A stretch of 64,000 bases of DNA from Candidatus Latescibacterota bacterium (GTDB lineage Bacteria; Latescibacterota; UBA2968; UBA8231): contig OZ253462.1 of the NCBI GenBank assembly GCA_965261395.1, positions 3,232,001 to 3,296,000 of the forward strand. The letters are read 5' to 3'. Positions within the stretch are counted from its first letter, which is position 1; each line of letters starts with the position of its first letter. Below are positions 45,960-55,361 of the stretch, piece after piece. Below the pieces are notes generated by a model. It was not told where the DNA came from. It searched no databases and was given only the letters and a program-made list of their open reading frames with translations. Position numbers and translations under genes: made by a program.

Positions 45960-46760
45960 ATGAAGGAGTACGATGTAGAGTGGCTGGAGGTGACAACAGT
46001 GAAAAAAGGCAATAAGGTGTTGGGGCATAGTAAGAAGGGTCGTTATTTGAGCCCCCCTCACTTAGTTGGAATAGAATTTTCCCAGTACGACTCTAAAGAG
46101 GATACCTATGTGATCTATGCGGAAAGTGCCGAACAGGCTGAGTGTCACTTCAGTCAGTTTTGTCAACAGGAGAACATTAACTGTATGCGTGTACCTGAGG
46201 GGCCGGAAAAGAATCCTGATTTTGTGTTCTATCCTTCGGGACAGAAAGTGGCTGTGGAAGTCAAGTGGCGAAATGATGGAGGAATAACAAGGCAGGAGAA
46301 TGGTCTCATTGATCGGGCTCCTAATGGAATAGGTCGTTGGGTATTTGATCAAATAGAAAAGTCTTCATCGCAATTCAAGACGTTTTGGGAACAGGGTGCC
46401 CCTACGATGTTGCTTCTCGTGGATGGTTCTCGTGAGTCTCGATTGGAAGAATATGAGATAGAACGTGGTATGTACGGACATGAGGTGATGGATCTTAAAG
46501 TTCATCCTGATTGGACTGAATGTGTGTGTATAAGGAATGAGCATGAGCACCGAATGGACAATTGTAGGCGTCGAAGGATAAGTGCGGTTGCTCATCTTCA
46601 GAGTTATGGAAAAGTGAATGGGGACGATTCTGACACTGAAGTTTATCATAGACTTTTTGTCTATTATAATCGGTTTGCGGACTACCCTTTAAGTCAAGAG
46701 TGGTTGAAGGATATAGATTTTTCAAGAATTGATTTGATCGAGGGGCAAAACGAGAGATAA
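45960..46760 (+). CDS. AT-rich hypothetical protein with PD-(D/E)xK nuclease-like motif
   Basis: KNPDFV...VAVEVK; AGGAG RBS before the ATG at 45960; visibly lower GC. Confidence 0.6.
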   Translation: MKEYDVEWLEVTTVKKGNKVLGHSKKGRYLSPPHLVGIEFSQYDSKEDTYVIYAESAEQAECHFSQFCQQENINCMRVPEGPEKNPDFVFYPSGQKVAVEVKWRNDGGITRQENGLIDRAPNGIGRWVFDQIEKSSSQFKTFWEQGAPTMLLLVDGSRESRLEEYEIERGMYGHEVMDLKVHPDWTECVCIRNEHEHRMDNCRRRRISAVAHLQSYGKVNGDDSDTEVYHRLFVYYNRFADYPLSQEWLKDIDFSRIDLIEGQNER

Positions 46761-46973
46761 ATATAAATTGTTAGAAGCTGTTGAGTCATTCAGACGCACT
46801 TAGCGACAGTGATCTTTATCATATCGATCTAGACGAGCAGAAGCGCCACGTCCAAGAACTAGTGAACAAATCCTGCTAGCTTGAATACCCGCCCCTCAGT
46901 ACACGAACCATATTTACGTTGCCGTGCAGCCCTGTGTTAGGTTAATTGATTTACGACCAAAAGGAGCGTACTA

Positions 46974-47237
46974 ATGGCAAAAACAACGGTCGAAATCCCC
47001 GACCACAAAATGGCAGAGTTGGAAGCCTACAGAGATCGTCTGGGCGATTTATTGTTGCTAGGATTGTCTCAGGTCAAAATCCAGGAAGCCCTGTTGCTCT
47101 ACAAGCGGGGGCTAATATCGATTGGCCGGGCAGCAGAAATCGCCGGTCTGACAGAACAGGAAGTAGTGCAGCAGGCCCGGGCCTTTGGGATCCAACCCCG
47201 CTGGAGTGAGACCCAGATTCAAGAAGAACTGGCGTGA
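46974..47237 (+). CDS. UPF0175-family antitoxin
   Basis: LYKRGLISIGRAAEIAGL; AAGGAG RBS; coupled to the PIN gene. Confidence 0.8.
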   Translation: MAKTTVEIPDHKMAELEAYRDRLGDLLLLGLSQVKIQEALLLYKRGLISIGRAAEIAGLTEQEVVQQARAFGIQPRWSETQIQEELA

Positions 47238-47749
47238 AGGTCTTTTGTAATTCCGGCCCTCTGATGGCACTAGGTAAAATTGGTGCTTTGGATATTCTTT
47301 TTCGACTATTCGGTCAGGTAAGTATCCCTATAAGTGTTCATCGAGAAGTCGTTATTGAGGGAGGGACACAAGGACACATTGATGCAAAGAGGGCCGAAAT
47401 AGCGATTCGTCAAAAGCAACTCATCGTTGAGGAGGTAGCCTTTGATGATTTACCATTTGAGATCGCTTCGCTGTCTCTGGATGCAGGCGAAAAAGAAGCT
47501 ATTTATCTCAGTACGCAAGAATCGGGTAGCCTAATACTACTCGATGACCTGAAGGCGAGAGAAGAAGCTAAAAGGCTCGGTTTGACTGTCAAAGGCACAT
47601 TAGGCCTACTTGTTCAAGCCTATCGAGAAAACTTGATTTCCTCTGCTGAAGTCAAAGCCTTTATGGAGACCATCATCACTCACGATGATATCTGGATTTC
47701 AGCCGATCTATGTCGGGAGGTGCTCAAGAGAATCAATATAGAGCAATAA
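47234..47749 (+). CDS. PIN-domain protein, DUF3368 family toxin
   Basis: NSGPL, LDAGEKEAI, LLDDLKAR, GTLGLL, WIS..L. Confidence 0.85.
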   Translation: MKVFCNSGPLMALGKIGALDILFRLFGQVSIPISVHREVVIEGGTQGHIDAKRAEIAIRQKQLIVEEVAFDDLPFEIASLSLDAGEKEAIYLSTQESGSLILLDDLKAREEAKRLGLTVKGTLGLLVQAYRENLISSAEVKAFMETIITHDDIWISADLCREVLKRINIEQ

Positions 47750-47809
47750 TAGAACAGTAACTCGCCTCAGGCATCGCCTTTCTATAGGAAACATCAAGAA
47801 CAAATAACG

Positions 47810-49258
47810 ATGAGTAATAGACCCAATATTCTCTTTCTAATGGCCGACCAGATGCAGGCCCGCGTACTCGGTCCCGATCACGTCTGTCAAACTCCGCACT
47901 TGGATCGGCTGGCCGGGGAGGGTGTGCGTTTTACCCGCGCCTATACGCCCAATAATATCTGCTCGCCGACCCGGGCGAGTCTGATGACCGGGCTGATGCC
48001 GCACAACCACGGGGTGCTGGAGGTGCTCTATCCCAAGGTGCCGGATTTACATGCGTTGCGCACCGATAAGGCGCATTGGGCCGAGCGCATGGTGGACGCT
48101 GGCTATCGCACAGGGTATTTCGGCAAGTGGCATATTGAGCGCGATAATGCGCTGGGCCGTTTCGGCTGGCAGGTCAATGGGGTCCGTGGTGGTGCGCTCT
48201 ACAATGAATTGGTCGCCGAAGTGCTGGGAGGTAGGCCGCTGCGACCAGAGTGCGATCCGGCGCATTATCTTGAAGAGCCGCACGGCTATGGCCCCCATCT
48301 GCTCTACGGAGTGACCGACCGGCCGGCGGCAGAGCGCAGCATGGGGCTGACGACGACGCTGGCGCTGCGCTATCTGGAGGAGGCAGTACAAGGCGACGAT
48401 CCGTGGTGTGCGTTCGTCAGCTTTGAGGAGCCGCACGATCCCTTTATCGCCGGCCGCGAATTTTACGACCGCTATGCAGAGCAAGAGTTGCCGCCGCCGC
48501 CCAATGCCGATGATGATCTGGCGGACCGGCCGGGGCTCTATCGGCGGGCGCAGGGCATTTGGCGCCAGCTCAACGAGGAGCACAAGCGTGCAGCGCGGGC
48601 GTGTTATTTCGCGTCGATTAGCGAAATAGATGCCCAATTCGGGCGGGTGATCGACTTTCTTGCAGAGGCGGGCAAACTCGACGACACGATCGTTGTAATG
48701 TGCGCCGACCACGGGGATTTGTTGGGAGCGCATGGTCTGTTCTTCAAGGATATTTCCGCGTTCGAAGAAGTGTATCAAGTGCCGCTTATTGTGCGTGGTC
48801 CGGGGATTGCAAGGGACGCTATTTGCCAGGGGCGAGTTGGCTTGCACGATTTGTGCCCGACGTTGTTGGAACTGGCCGATTGCGAGCCTATTGATGGAGC
48901 CGACTCCCGCTCTTTTGTCGGGCTGTTGCGCGAACCGGCCCATGTCGCCGACGAATGGACCCGAGGGTATGCCGAATACTTTGGCAACCGCCACCGGCTG
49001 ACGCAGCGGGTGGTGTGGGATGGGGCGTGGAAGTTTGTGTTTAACGGCTTTGATTTCGACGAGTTGTACCAGCTAGACGAAGACCCCTATGAAATGAAGA
49101 ATCTGGCGCAGGATCCCGCCTATGACGAGCAGGTTAAAAAAATGACGCGGCTCTATTGGCGCTATGCCCGCGATACGGGGGACACGCCGCTTTTTGAAAC
49201 GCTCTATCCCGCGCTGCGTTTGGGCGCGGTGGGACCGCTGGCGGCGGATGAAGATTAG
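47810..49258 (+). CDS. Sulfatase (Cys-type)
   Basis: RPNILFLMADQ, CSPTRASLMTG, GYFGKWH, PHDP, ADHGD, DPYEMKNLA. Confidence 0.93.
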   Translation: MSNRPNILFLMADQMQARVLGPDHVCQTPHLDRLAGEGVRFTRAYTPNNICSPTRASLMTGLMPHNHGVLEVLYPKVPDLHALRTDKAHWAERMVDAGYRTGYFGKWHIERDNALGRFGWQVNGVRGGALYNELVAEVLGGRPLRPECDPAHYLEEPHGYGPHLLYGVTDRPAAERSMGLTTTLALRYLEEAVQGDDPWCAFVSFEEPHDPFIAGREFYDRYAEQELPPPPNADDDLADRPGLYRRAQGIWRQLNEEHKRAARACYFASISEIDAQFGRVIDFLAEAGKLDDTIVVMCADHGDLLGAHGLFFKDISAFEEVYQVPLIVRGPGIARDAICQGRVGLHDLCPTLLELADCEPIDGADSRSFVGLLREPAHVADEWTRGYAEYFGNRHRLTQRVVWDGAWKFVFNGFDFDELYQLDEDPYEMKNLAQDPAYDEQVKKMTRLYWRYARDTGDTPLFETLYPALRLGAVGPLAADED

Positions 49259-49311
49259 GACTGGGACGAGATTGAGGCCTGTACGGTCGCGCAAAAATAG
49301 AGGAGCTAGCG

Positions 49312-50472
49312 ATGGCACGAAATATCAAGATCACCCGTATCACTACGACGCATTTCAACTGCGAAATCGCCGATCTGGAGCTGGAGGAGCAATTGGGTTT
49401 CGACACGGTCTATAGAAAAGGAGGCCGTCTGTCTCAGAGGGGCGGCTTTCTGACCATCGAGACCAGCGCCGGGATCAGCGGTACCGCGCACGGCGGCATC
49501 GACGCCCGCACGGCGCAGTACTTGCTCGGCCGCAACCCACTGGACCGCGAGATTATCTGGCACGATCTCAAGCGCTCGCGGCGCGGCCAGGACGGCACGC
49601 CACCGGGTTCGGTGGATGTGGCGCTGTGGGATTTTGCCGGTAAGCTCTACGACGCGCCGATCTACGAGCTTTTGGGTGGGGGCTGGCGCAAGAAGTTGCC
49701 GGCCTATGCCTCGACCTACCACGGCGACGAAAACGGCGGTTTGACGACGCCGGACGACTTCGCGCAATTCGCGCTGCGCTGCAAGGAGCAATACGGCTAT
49801 CCGGCGTTTAAAATCCACGGCTGGGTCAACGGGCCGATCGACCGCGAGGTGGCGGCGGTGTTAGCCATCCGCGCGGCGGTGGGCGACGATATGGATCTGT
49901 TGCTCGATCCGGCCGGGTGTTTTCCCACGTTTGAGGACGTGCTCAAGGTGGGGCGCGCCTGCGACGAGGCGCGCTATATGTGGTATGAAGACCCGTTTAG
50001 GGGCGGTGGGTTTTCGCGCTTTGCCCACGCCAAGCTGCGCGAGCTGATCAAGACGCCGATGCTGATGGGCGAACACGTGCGGGGGCTGGAGGCCAAGGCC
50101 GATACGATTACCGCCGGTGCCACTGACTTCGTGCGCGCCAATAGCAGCGCCGATGGCGGCATCACCGGGGTGATGAAGATCGCCGCTATGGCCGAGTCGC
50201 ACGGGCTAGATGTGGAGTTGCACGGCGGCAGTCTGGCGCACCGCCACATCATGGCGACCTTGCGCAATGCCAACTATTACGAGTTGGGTTTGGTGCACCC
50301 GCTGGTCAACGATACCAAGCCGGCGGTTTACAGCGAGAGGCGCTGGCTCGACGAGTTGGATTCGGTGGATGAGAACGGCTGTGTGGAAGTGCCAGAGGGG
50401 GCGGGGTTGGGTGTGGAGTCGGACTGGGATTGGATTGAGGACCACAAGACTGGGGAAATGGTTTACGAGTAG
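49312..50472 (+). CDS. Mandelate racemase/enolase superfamily dehydratase
   Basis: DVALWDFAGK, KIH, metal ligands D/E/E (LLDP, YEDP, MGEH), ELHG, PEGAGLG. Confidence 0.9.
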   Translation: MARNIKITRITTTHFNCEIADLELEEQLGFDTVYRKGGRLSQRGGFLTIETSAGISGTAHGGIDARTAQYLLGRNPLDREIIWHDLKRSRRGQDGTPPGSVDVALWDFAGKLYDAPIYELLGGGWRKKLPAYASTYHGDENGGLTTPDDFAQFALRCKEQYGYPAFKIHGWVNGPIDREVAAVLAIRAAVGDDMDLLLDPAGCFPTFEDVLKVGRACDEARYMWYEDPFRGGGFSRFAHAKLRELIKTPMLMGEHVRGLEAKADTITAGATDFVRANSSADGGITGVMKIAAMAESHGLDVELHGGSLAHRHIMATLRNANYYELGLVHPLVNDTKPAVYSERRWLDELDSVDENGCVEVPEGAGLGVESDWDWIEDHKTGEMVYE

Positions 50473-50474
50473 CT

Positions 50475-50625
50475 AAGGTGTTGCGCACGGTGGCAGTGGG
50501 GTAATGATCCGATGCGAGAAATGCCAAGATCGACGATATTTTATCAGGTAAGCAATCGCTGAGGCCGATATAGCCCGAGTCTTTAGTTGCTACTTGGGAA
50601 TATCTATCTATGGAGGATTTCAAGG
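50475..50625 (+). repeat. Decayed, deletion-compacted copy of 44906-45372 (3' end of FlgD-tail gene, upstream DNA, higA C-terminus)
   Basis: 31/34 match to 44906-44939; TCCGATGCGAGAAA matches 44990-45003; ATCGACGATATTTTATC matches 45280-45296; similarity continues to ATGGAGGAT. Confidence 0.85.
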
Positions 50626-50634
50626 AAGATATTT

Positions 50635-51987
50635 ATGGACCTTGAGTTGAAAATTAAGAATTTTGGACCAATCGACGAGGCGACCATCCAAGTTGGTCAG
50701 TTTACGGTATTCGCTGGGCCGAACAACACGGGCAAGACGTTCGTGGCGAAGATGCTGTATTCGATGCTTAGTGCTGTGAACGGGAATCATGTGCTAGTGT
50801 TTTTTGCTCAGATGGCTGATACCATAGAATTGGATTTGCGACGTTTCGAGCAGAGGAGTCTAGTAGTAGTAGAACACCCCTTGTCCGCAATTAGAAGTGG
50901 ATTTCAAAAAATTGACTCTATCCTACGGGAGGCGTTTCCAAAGCGTCCGATCCAAAATGGACTTGACTGGTTTAGGGCGATACAACCCGAATTGATGGCT
51001 GAAATGGAGGGGATAAGGGACCATTTCGAAACCCTTAGAAACAACGTTATAACAAAAGGAGAAAGCTCCTCTGCTTTGCTATTCGAGATTCATCCTAACC
51101 TTGAAGCCTCCATAGCTATTTTGGAAAGCTGTTTCGGGGATGTAGAATCGGCGATTCATTTCGGACAGCGATTCAAGTTCCGCCAGAACGTACACGGAAA
51201 TTTTCAATCGTCTGATCTTTCAAATCTTAAAGGAGACGGCGATTCCCCTTTGTATTTTAGCGTCCAAGAGGTGGGAGAATTACAGGAAATAGCAGATTCT
51301 TTCGTGTTCACTCCCTATCCGCAAACCGTTCAGAAGCAGTCATTCTCTGAAGCCTTCTATTTAGAATCGCCGCTTTATTGGAAACTAAAAAGTGCTTTGG
51401 AGTCTATTAAGCTCGACTCACATTCCTCATTCAGGACTTTGAATGGAGTCCCGGATTACTTCTACGACATGGCCGTTGCTCTTAGAAGAAGGCGTATCGA
51501 ACCTCCTTTTGCCGGAATCCACGAAAGTCTTCACGATGCGATTGGCGGGAAGATTTCGCTGAGTGAAGCGGGTGATCTTGAATTTCGACAAAAAGGCAAG
51601 TCAATTCCGCTCTCTCTTACGTCGGCGGGCGTTGCAAATATGGGGATGCTGGCCCTGCTGATTGAGCGAGGAGCTTTAGAGCGAGGCTCTTTTCTTTTTA
51701 TTGATGAACCCGAATCGAATCTCCATCCGGCTTGGCAAGTTGAGATGGTGGAGATCCTTTTTGAGTTAGCCCGTCAGGGTGTCAACGTGGTGATCTCTAC
51801 TCATAGCATGACGATCCTCAAATGGCTTGAGGTGCATGTAAAGGAAAAACCGGAAGACCGGGAACTCGTCAGGTTGAATAAGTTTCCGCCGGATGCCGAA
51901 TGGAACGACGACATGGACGCGGTGATGGCCGAAGTCAAACAGTCGTTGACTAAGCCTTTCTCCGATCTCTACATCAAAGGGCTGTAG
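50635..51987 (+). CDS. ABC-type/AAA_21-like ATPase (defence-associated)
   Basis: IKNFGPI, Walker A GPNNTGKT, SAG signature, FIDEPESNLHP, STHS; lower GC. Confidence 0.85.
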   Translation: MDLELKIKNFGPIDEATIQVGQFTVFAGPNNTGKTFVAKMLYSMLSAVNGNHVLVFFAQMADTIELDLRRFEQRSLVVVEHPLSAIRSGFQKIDSILREAFPKRPIQNGLDWFRAIQPELMAEMEGIRDHFETLRNNVITKGESSSALLFEIHPNLEASIAILESCFGDVESAIHFGQRFKFRQNVHGNFQSSDLSNLKGDGDSPLYFSVQEVGELQEIADSFVFTPYPQTVQKQSFSEAFYLESPLYWKLKSALESIKLDSHSSFRTLNGVPDYFYDMAVALRRRRIEPPFAGIHESLHDAIGGKISLSEAGDLEFRQKGKSIPLSLTSAGVANMGMLALLIERGALERGSFLFIDEPESNLHPAWQVEMVEILFELARQGVNVVISTHSMTILKWLEVHVKEKPEDRELVRLNKFPPDAEWNDDMDAVMAEVKQSLTKPFSDLYIKGL

Positions 51988-51988
51988 A

Positions 51989-52555
51989 ATGCCCTTATCC
52001 CAATTCGCCGAGCCAATAGAGTCTATCTGCGGTAGCTTAAAAGCGTATCGGATGGACAACACGATAGCGACGGGAGTGCCCGACATGCGTAGCGCCGCCG
52101 GACTTGGAACATGCGAGTGCTGCGACTACGTAACGGTCAGCAAGGACAACCAAAGCGTCGTTCTTATAGAGGAAACTGACTTAGAGAGAACGATAATTGG
52201 TTTACAAGAAAAATATTATTACCTACAAAAGAACCACCAAGATAAATTGATTTACGAAGAAGTCCTTAGAGAAAACCGTCTTAAACTTTACGGGTCGATG
52301 TTGGTTCTGTGTCGCCTGTCAAATTTACAGGACGATGTGAAAGCTTTTCTACCGGAGAATGAGTTTCAATTCTGGCTCGTAATGACCAGTACGGCTTCGT
52401 CGGACTCTGTGTTTATGGACCACCTGACGGATATGGACAAGTTGAAAGGTTTTATAAAAGGTCCATTTTCCAGAGAAATGATGACTAAGGTCGCTATTTT
52501 TTCGTCAACTTGGCTGGCCCAAAAACTATCGAAAGAAGCTATTCAAATAGACTGA
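51989..52555 (+). CDS. Hypothetical partner of the ATPase
   Basis: Starts 1 bp after the ATPase stop and has the same low GC; CECCDY...VVLIEE motif. Confidence 0.7.
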   Translation: MPLSQFAEPIESICGSLKAYRMDNTIATGVPDMRSAAGLGTCECCDYVTVSKDNQSVVLIEETDLERTIIGLQEKYYYLQKNHQDKLIYEEVLRENRLKLYGSMLVLCRLSNLQDDVKAFLPENEFQFWLVMTSTASSDSVFMDHLTDMDKLKGFIKGPFSREMMTKVAIFSSTWLAQKLSKEAIQID

Positions 52556-52572
52556 ACTTTCTCGAACCATAC

Positions 52573-52636
52573 CCCGAACCAACGAAATCGGCTTCAACGT
52601 CCGGCTGTTGGACGTGCTGCGGACCAAGCATCCGCG
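52573..52636 (+). repeat. Second copy of the N-terminal coding region of the 45453 remnant
   Basis: 57/64 identity to 45469-45532; 5 of 7 changes are synonymous; followed by a TGG-to-TGA stop. Confidence 0.85.
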
Positions 52637-52888
52637 TTGACCGATAGGAGCTTACTGATTTTGCGCTCCTCAACCAAGCGAGAGCCCGTTCATGCCCCCT
52701 GTACGCATTGGTGTTTTGGGCTGTGGTGCCATAGCCCAGATCCAGCACCTACCCAACCTGTTGGCACTCGACGAGGAATTTGTCGTTCCCATCGTCTGCG
52801 ACCTGTCCCCCGATCAGGCGGCCTATGTCGCCAAACGCTTTGCTATCCCCCGTCATGTCAGCACCCTCGACGACTTGCTGAGCGCTGA

Positions 52889-54466
52889 GGGTGCATTAGG
52901 TGATTGTTACGGTTTTGGTGGTTGTTTTTAGGTTGTCTCGGTACTGCTGAAAGACCCGGTCAAGCGTTCCATTGTACAAGGCGCAACGCAGGGCAAGAAT
53001 GGCGTTGCTGTTTTCCTTATACCACCAAGCGCCCGAGCGTTTCAGACGAACATGGCCGATGAAGCGATGCGCCGATTCGATCGCACCCGACCCGATCGGG
53101 TATCCGCCCTTGCGATGGCTGCCGAAATCGACTTGATGCAATCGCTTTTGCAGGTACGTCAAGGCCGTGCCGATCGCCTCTTCGGCCTCTTCCGAGACCG
53201 CCTGCATGCGCTGCAGACCCCAAACCACGCCGGTGCCCTCACCGCAGAACAGGCGCGCCAGAGTCGCTTCCAGCCAATGGCTGGCGCGCGCCGCATCGGT
53301 GCCGTATTGAGCCTCGGCCACCGCGTGCAGGTAGCGGCTACAATGGTAGTAGTCGAGGATCTGACGGGCGCTCGGGAACAGTTCCTCCACCCATTTCCAG
53401 ATCCACGGGGCTCCGTCCCCGATGGCACACAAGCGCACCTGCTCCTCCGGGATCAGCCCCGCCTCCTTGACCTGGCGCAAGGCCGAGCCGAAGGCCTGTT
53501 CGTCGCCCATCTGGTGCCAGGAGATCAGCTGCTCGATGCGCTCATCGTCTACCAGGTAGAAGCGAAAGCCCTTGGCTTCGTGGTATTCACCCTGCCAACG
53601 CCTTCGCCGAGCCCGGCTCTTCTTGCGCCCCGGACGAGTCCCTTTGGCGGTCTCGGGACGACTGGGCACGTCGGCCGCGTCGATGGCCAACACCACGATG
53701 GGCCGCCACTTGCGAGCGGCGGCGGCTTGAGCAATGCGATCCTGGATGTCGGCCGCGTCCGGACACACCTGCAGCACGTCCAACGACCCGGTCTGTTGCA
53801 GCACCTCGTGAATCACACAGTCGCTCATCGACGCGTCGGTCAGCTCGTCCAGCAGCTTCGCGGCGCGCTGGTGGGGCATCTCCAGCGCCAGCTTGACCCC
53901 GGCGTTTTGAACGTCCCACTGCTTGCGGTGCCCCGACAGGCCCAGGGCCTCGTCCAAAGGATAAAAGCCGTGCTCACAGGAAACGCAGTAGAAATAGGGC
54001 CGCTCCAAGGGCACCGGCCCGAGCAGCGTCTCCACCGTGCGCGAGCGCGACGGTCGCGCACGCAGGACGCGCTCACACTTCGGGCAGGCCGCCTCTTCTT
54101 GCGCCAGGAACTGGCCGTGGCGGCGTTCGATGAAGGCTTCCACCACCGCCGCGGTAAGCCCGGAGCGCTCTTGCGACACCGCCTCGGTAATCTCCATCAA
54201 CGTCGGCGGAGTAGATCCGTGCTCGCTCATTTGCGTCTCCACCCGATCCAGCAACTCGTCCAGGGCTTCATGCGCTCTACTTCGAAAGCGCGCCCACTGC
54301 TGCCGCTGCTGAAAGGGCGCCAGAGAGAGAATCGCAGGCATTGCTCCCCTTCTTTCTCAATCGAGGGGAGCGTGCCGCGGGGGAGGCGGCAAAAGAATAG
54401 AACAAGTTACTGTAAAATATACACATACGTACCGAAATCGTGCCATAACAATCGGCTAAGGTGCCC
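52889..54466 (-). mobile_element. ISKra4-family insertion sequence (1578 bp)
   Basis: 8-bp direct repeat AGCGCTGA at 52881-52888 and 54467-54474; imperfect 24-bp terminal inverted repeats (18/24) beginning GGG. Confidence 0.9.
52896..54341 (-). CDS. ISKra4-family DDE transposase
   Basis: Zn-ribbon CPKC/CVSC, GDGAPWIW, LDYYH, IGSGAIES, RLKRSGAWW. Confidence 0.92.
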   Translation of the reverse strand: MPAILSLAPFQQRQQWARFRSRAHEALDELLDRVETQMSEHGSTPPTLMEITEAVSQERSGLTAAVVEAFIERRHGQFLAQEEAACPKCERVLRARPSRSRTVETLLGPVPLERPYFYCVSCEHGFYPLDEALGLSGHRKQWDVQNAGVKLALEMPHQRAAKLLDELTDASMSDCVIHEVLQQTGSLDVLQVCPDAADIQDRIAQAAAARKWRPIVVLAIDAADVPSRPETAKGTRPGRKKSRARRRRWQGEYHEAKGFRFYLVDDERIEQLISWHQMGDEQAFGSALRQVKEAGLIPEEQVRLCAIGDGAPWIWKWVEELFPSARQILDYYHCSRYLHAVAEAQYGTDAARASHWLEATLARLFCGEGTGVVWGLQRMQAVSEEAEEAIGTALTYLQKRLHQVDFGSHRKGGYPIGSGAIESAHRFIGHVRLKRSGAWWYKENSNAILALRCALYNGTLDRVFQQYRDNLKTTTKTVTIT

Positions 54467-55361
54467 AGCGCTGATATCGACGCGGTTCTCCTTTGCCATA
54501 CCGATCCCAAAAGCGACGCGGCAATCGCTGCTTTTGCCGCCGGCAAACACGTGCTCATCGAAAAGCCCATCTGCGCTTCCCTGCAGGAAGCCGACACCAT
54601 GATCGCGGCCATGCACAAAGCAGGCACCGTGGGCCAAGCCGCCTACATGAAGGCCTACGACCCGGCCTTTGCTATGGCCAAAAGAGAGGTAGAGGGTTTG
54701 GATTACAGCTTTATCCAGATCAACCACCTGCACCCGAGCAATCATCTCCACCTCGATCACTTCAACGTGCAATACGTTGGTTCACAGCGCCCCGAAATCG
54801 CCGCCCAACGCCAGCGCGCCTATAGGGAAACACTGCGCCAAGCTTTTGGCGACCTTTTCGAGCGAGCTGAGCCCATCTGCGGGATTACCTACGGCCTGAT
54901 CCACGATCTCTACAGCTTGCGCACTATGGTGGGCTTGCCCTGTGCCGTGGTTAGTACTGAAATCTGGAAGAACAACCGAGCGATTACCTCGGTGCTGGAA
55001 TACGCCAATGGCGCGCGCTGCGTCATCAGTCGGGTTGACCTTGAAGAACTGTGGGATTTTCGCGAGACCCTGGAAATCTACGGCGACGATAAGCGCGTGC
55101 TGCTCACCTATCCAACCGGTTTTTCGCGCCGCGTACTCTCCACCCTGACTATCCAGGGCATTGACGAGCACGGCACAAGCTACCGCAAAGAGCCAGCCAT
55201 TCCCTGGGAGAGCGCCTTCACTGCGGAATTGCGTCACTTCCACGCCTGTATCACCGAGGGGGTGGAGTGCCGCACGCCGATCGCGGAAGCGCGCCACGAC
55301 GTGGAGCTCATCATCGATATCACCAAATCCTATATCACCGGCCAATCCGTGGAGAAAAACT

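Noticed and set aside
46775-46879. Short open stretch (LLSHSDALSDSDLYHIDLDEQKRHVQELVNKSC)
   Set aside because: It may be a gene remnant, but it has no convincing start or RBS and no recognisable homology.
53052-54602. 516-aa plus-strand ORF inside the IS
   Set aside because: It is the antisense shadow of the transposase, has no recognisable motifs and crosses the IS boundary.
55161-55361. Upstream extension of the 560-aa ORF
   Set aside because: It overlaps the oxidoreductase 3' end; the GTG at 55362 has a good RBS.
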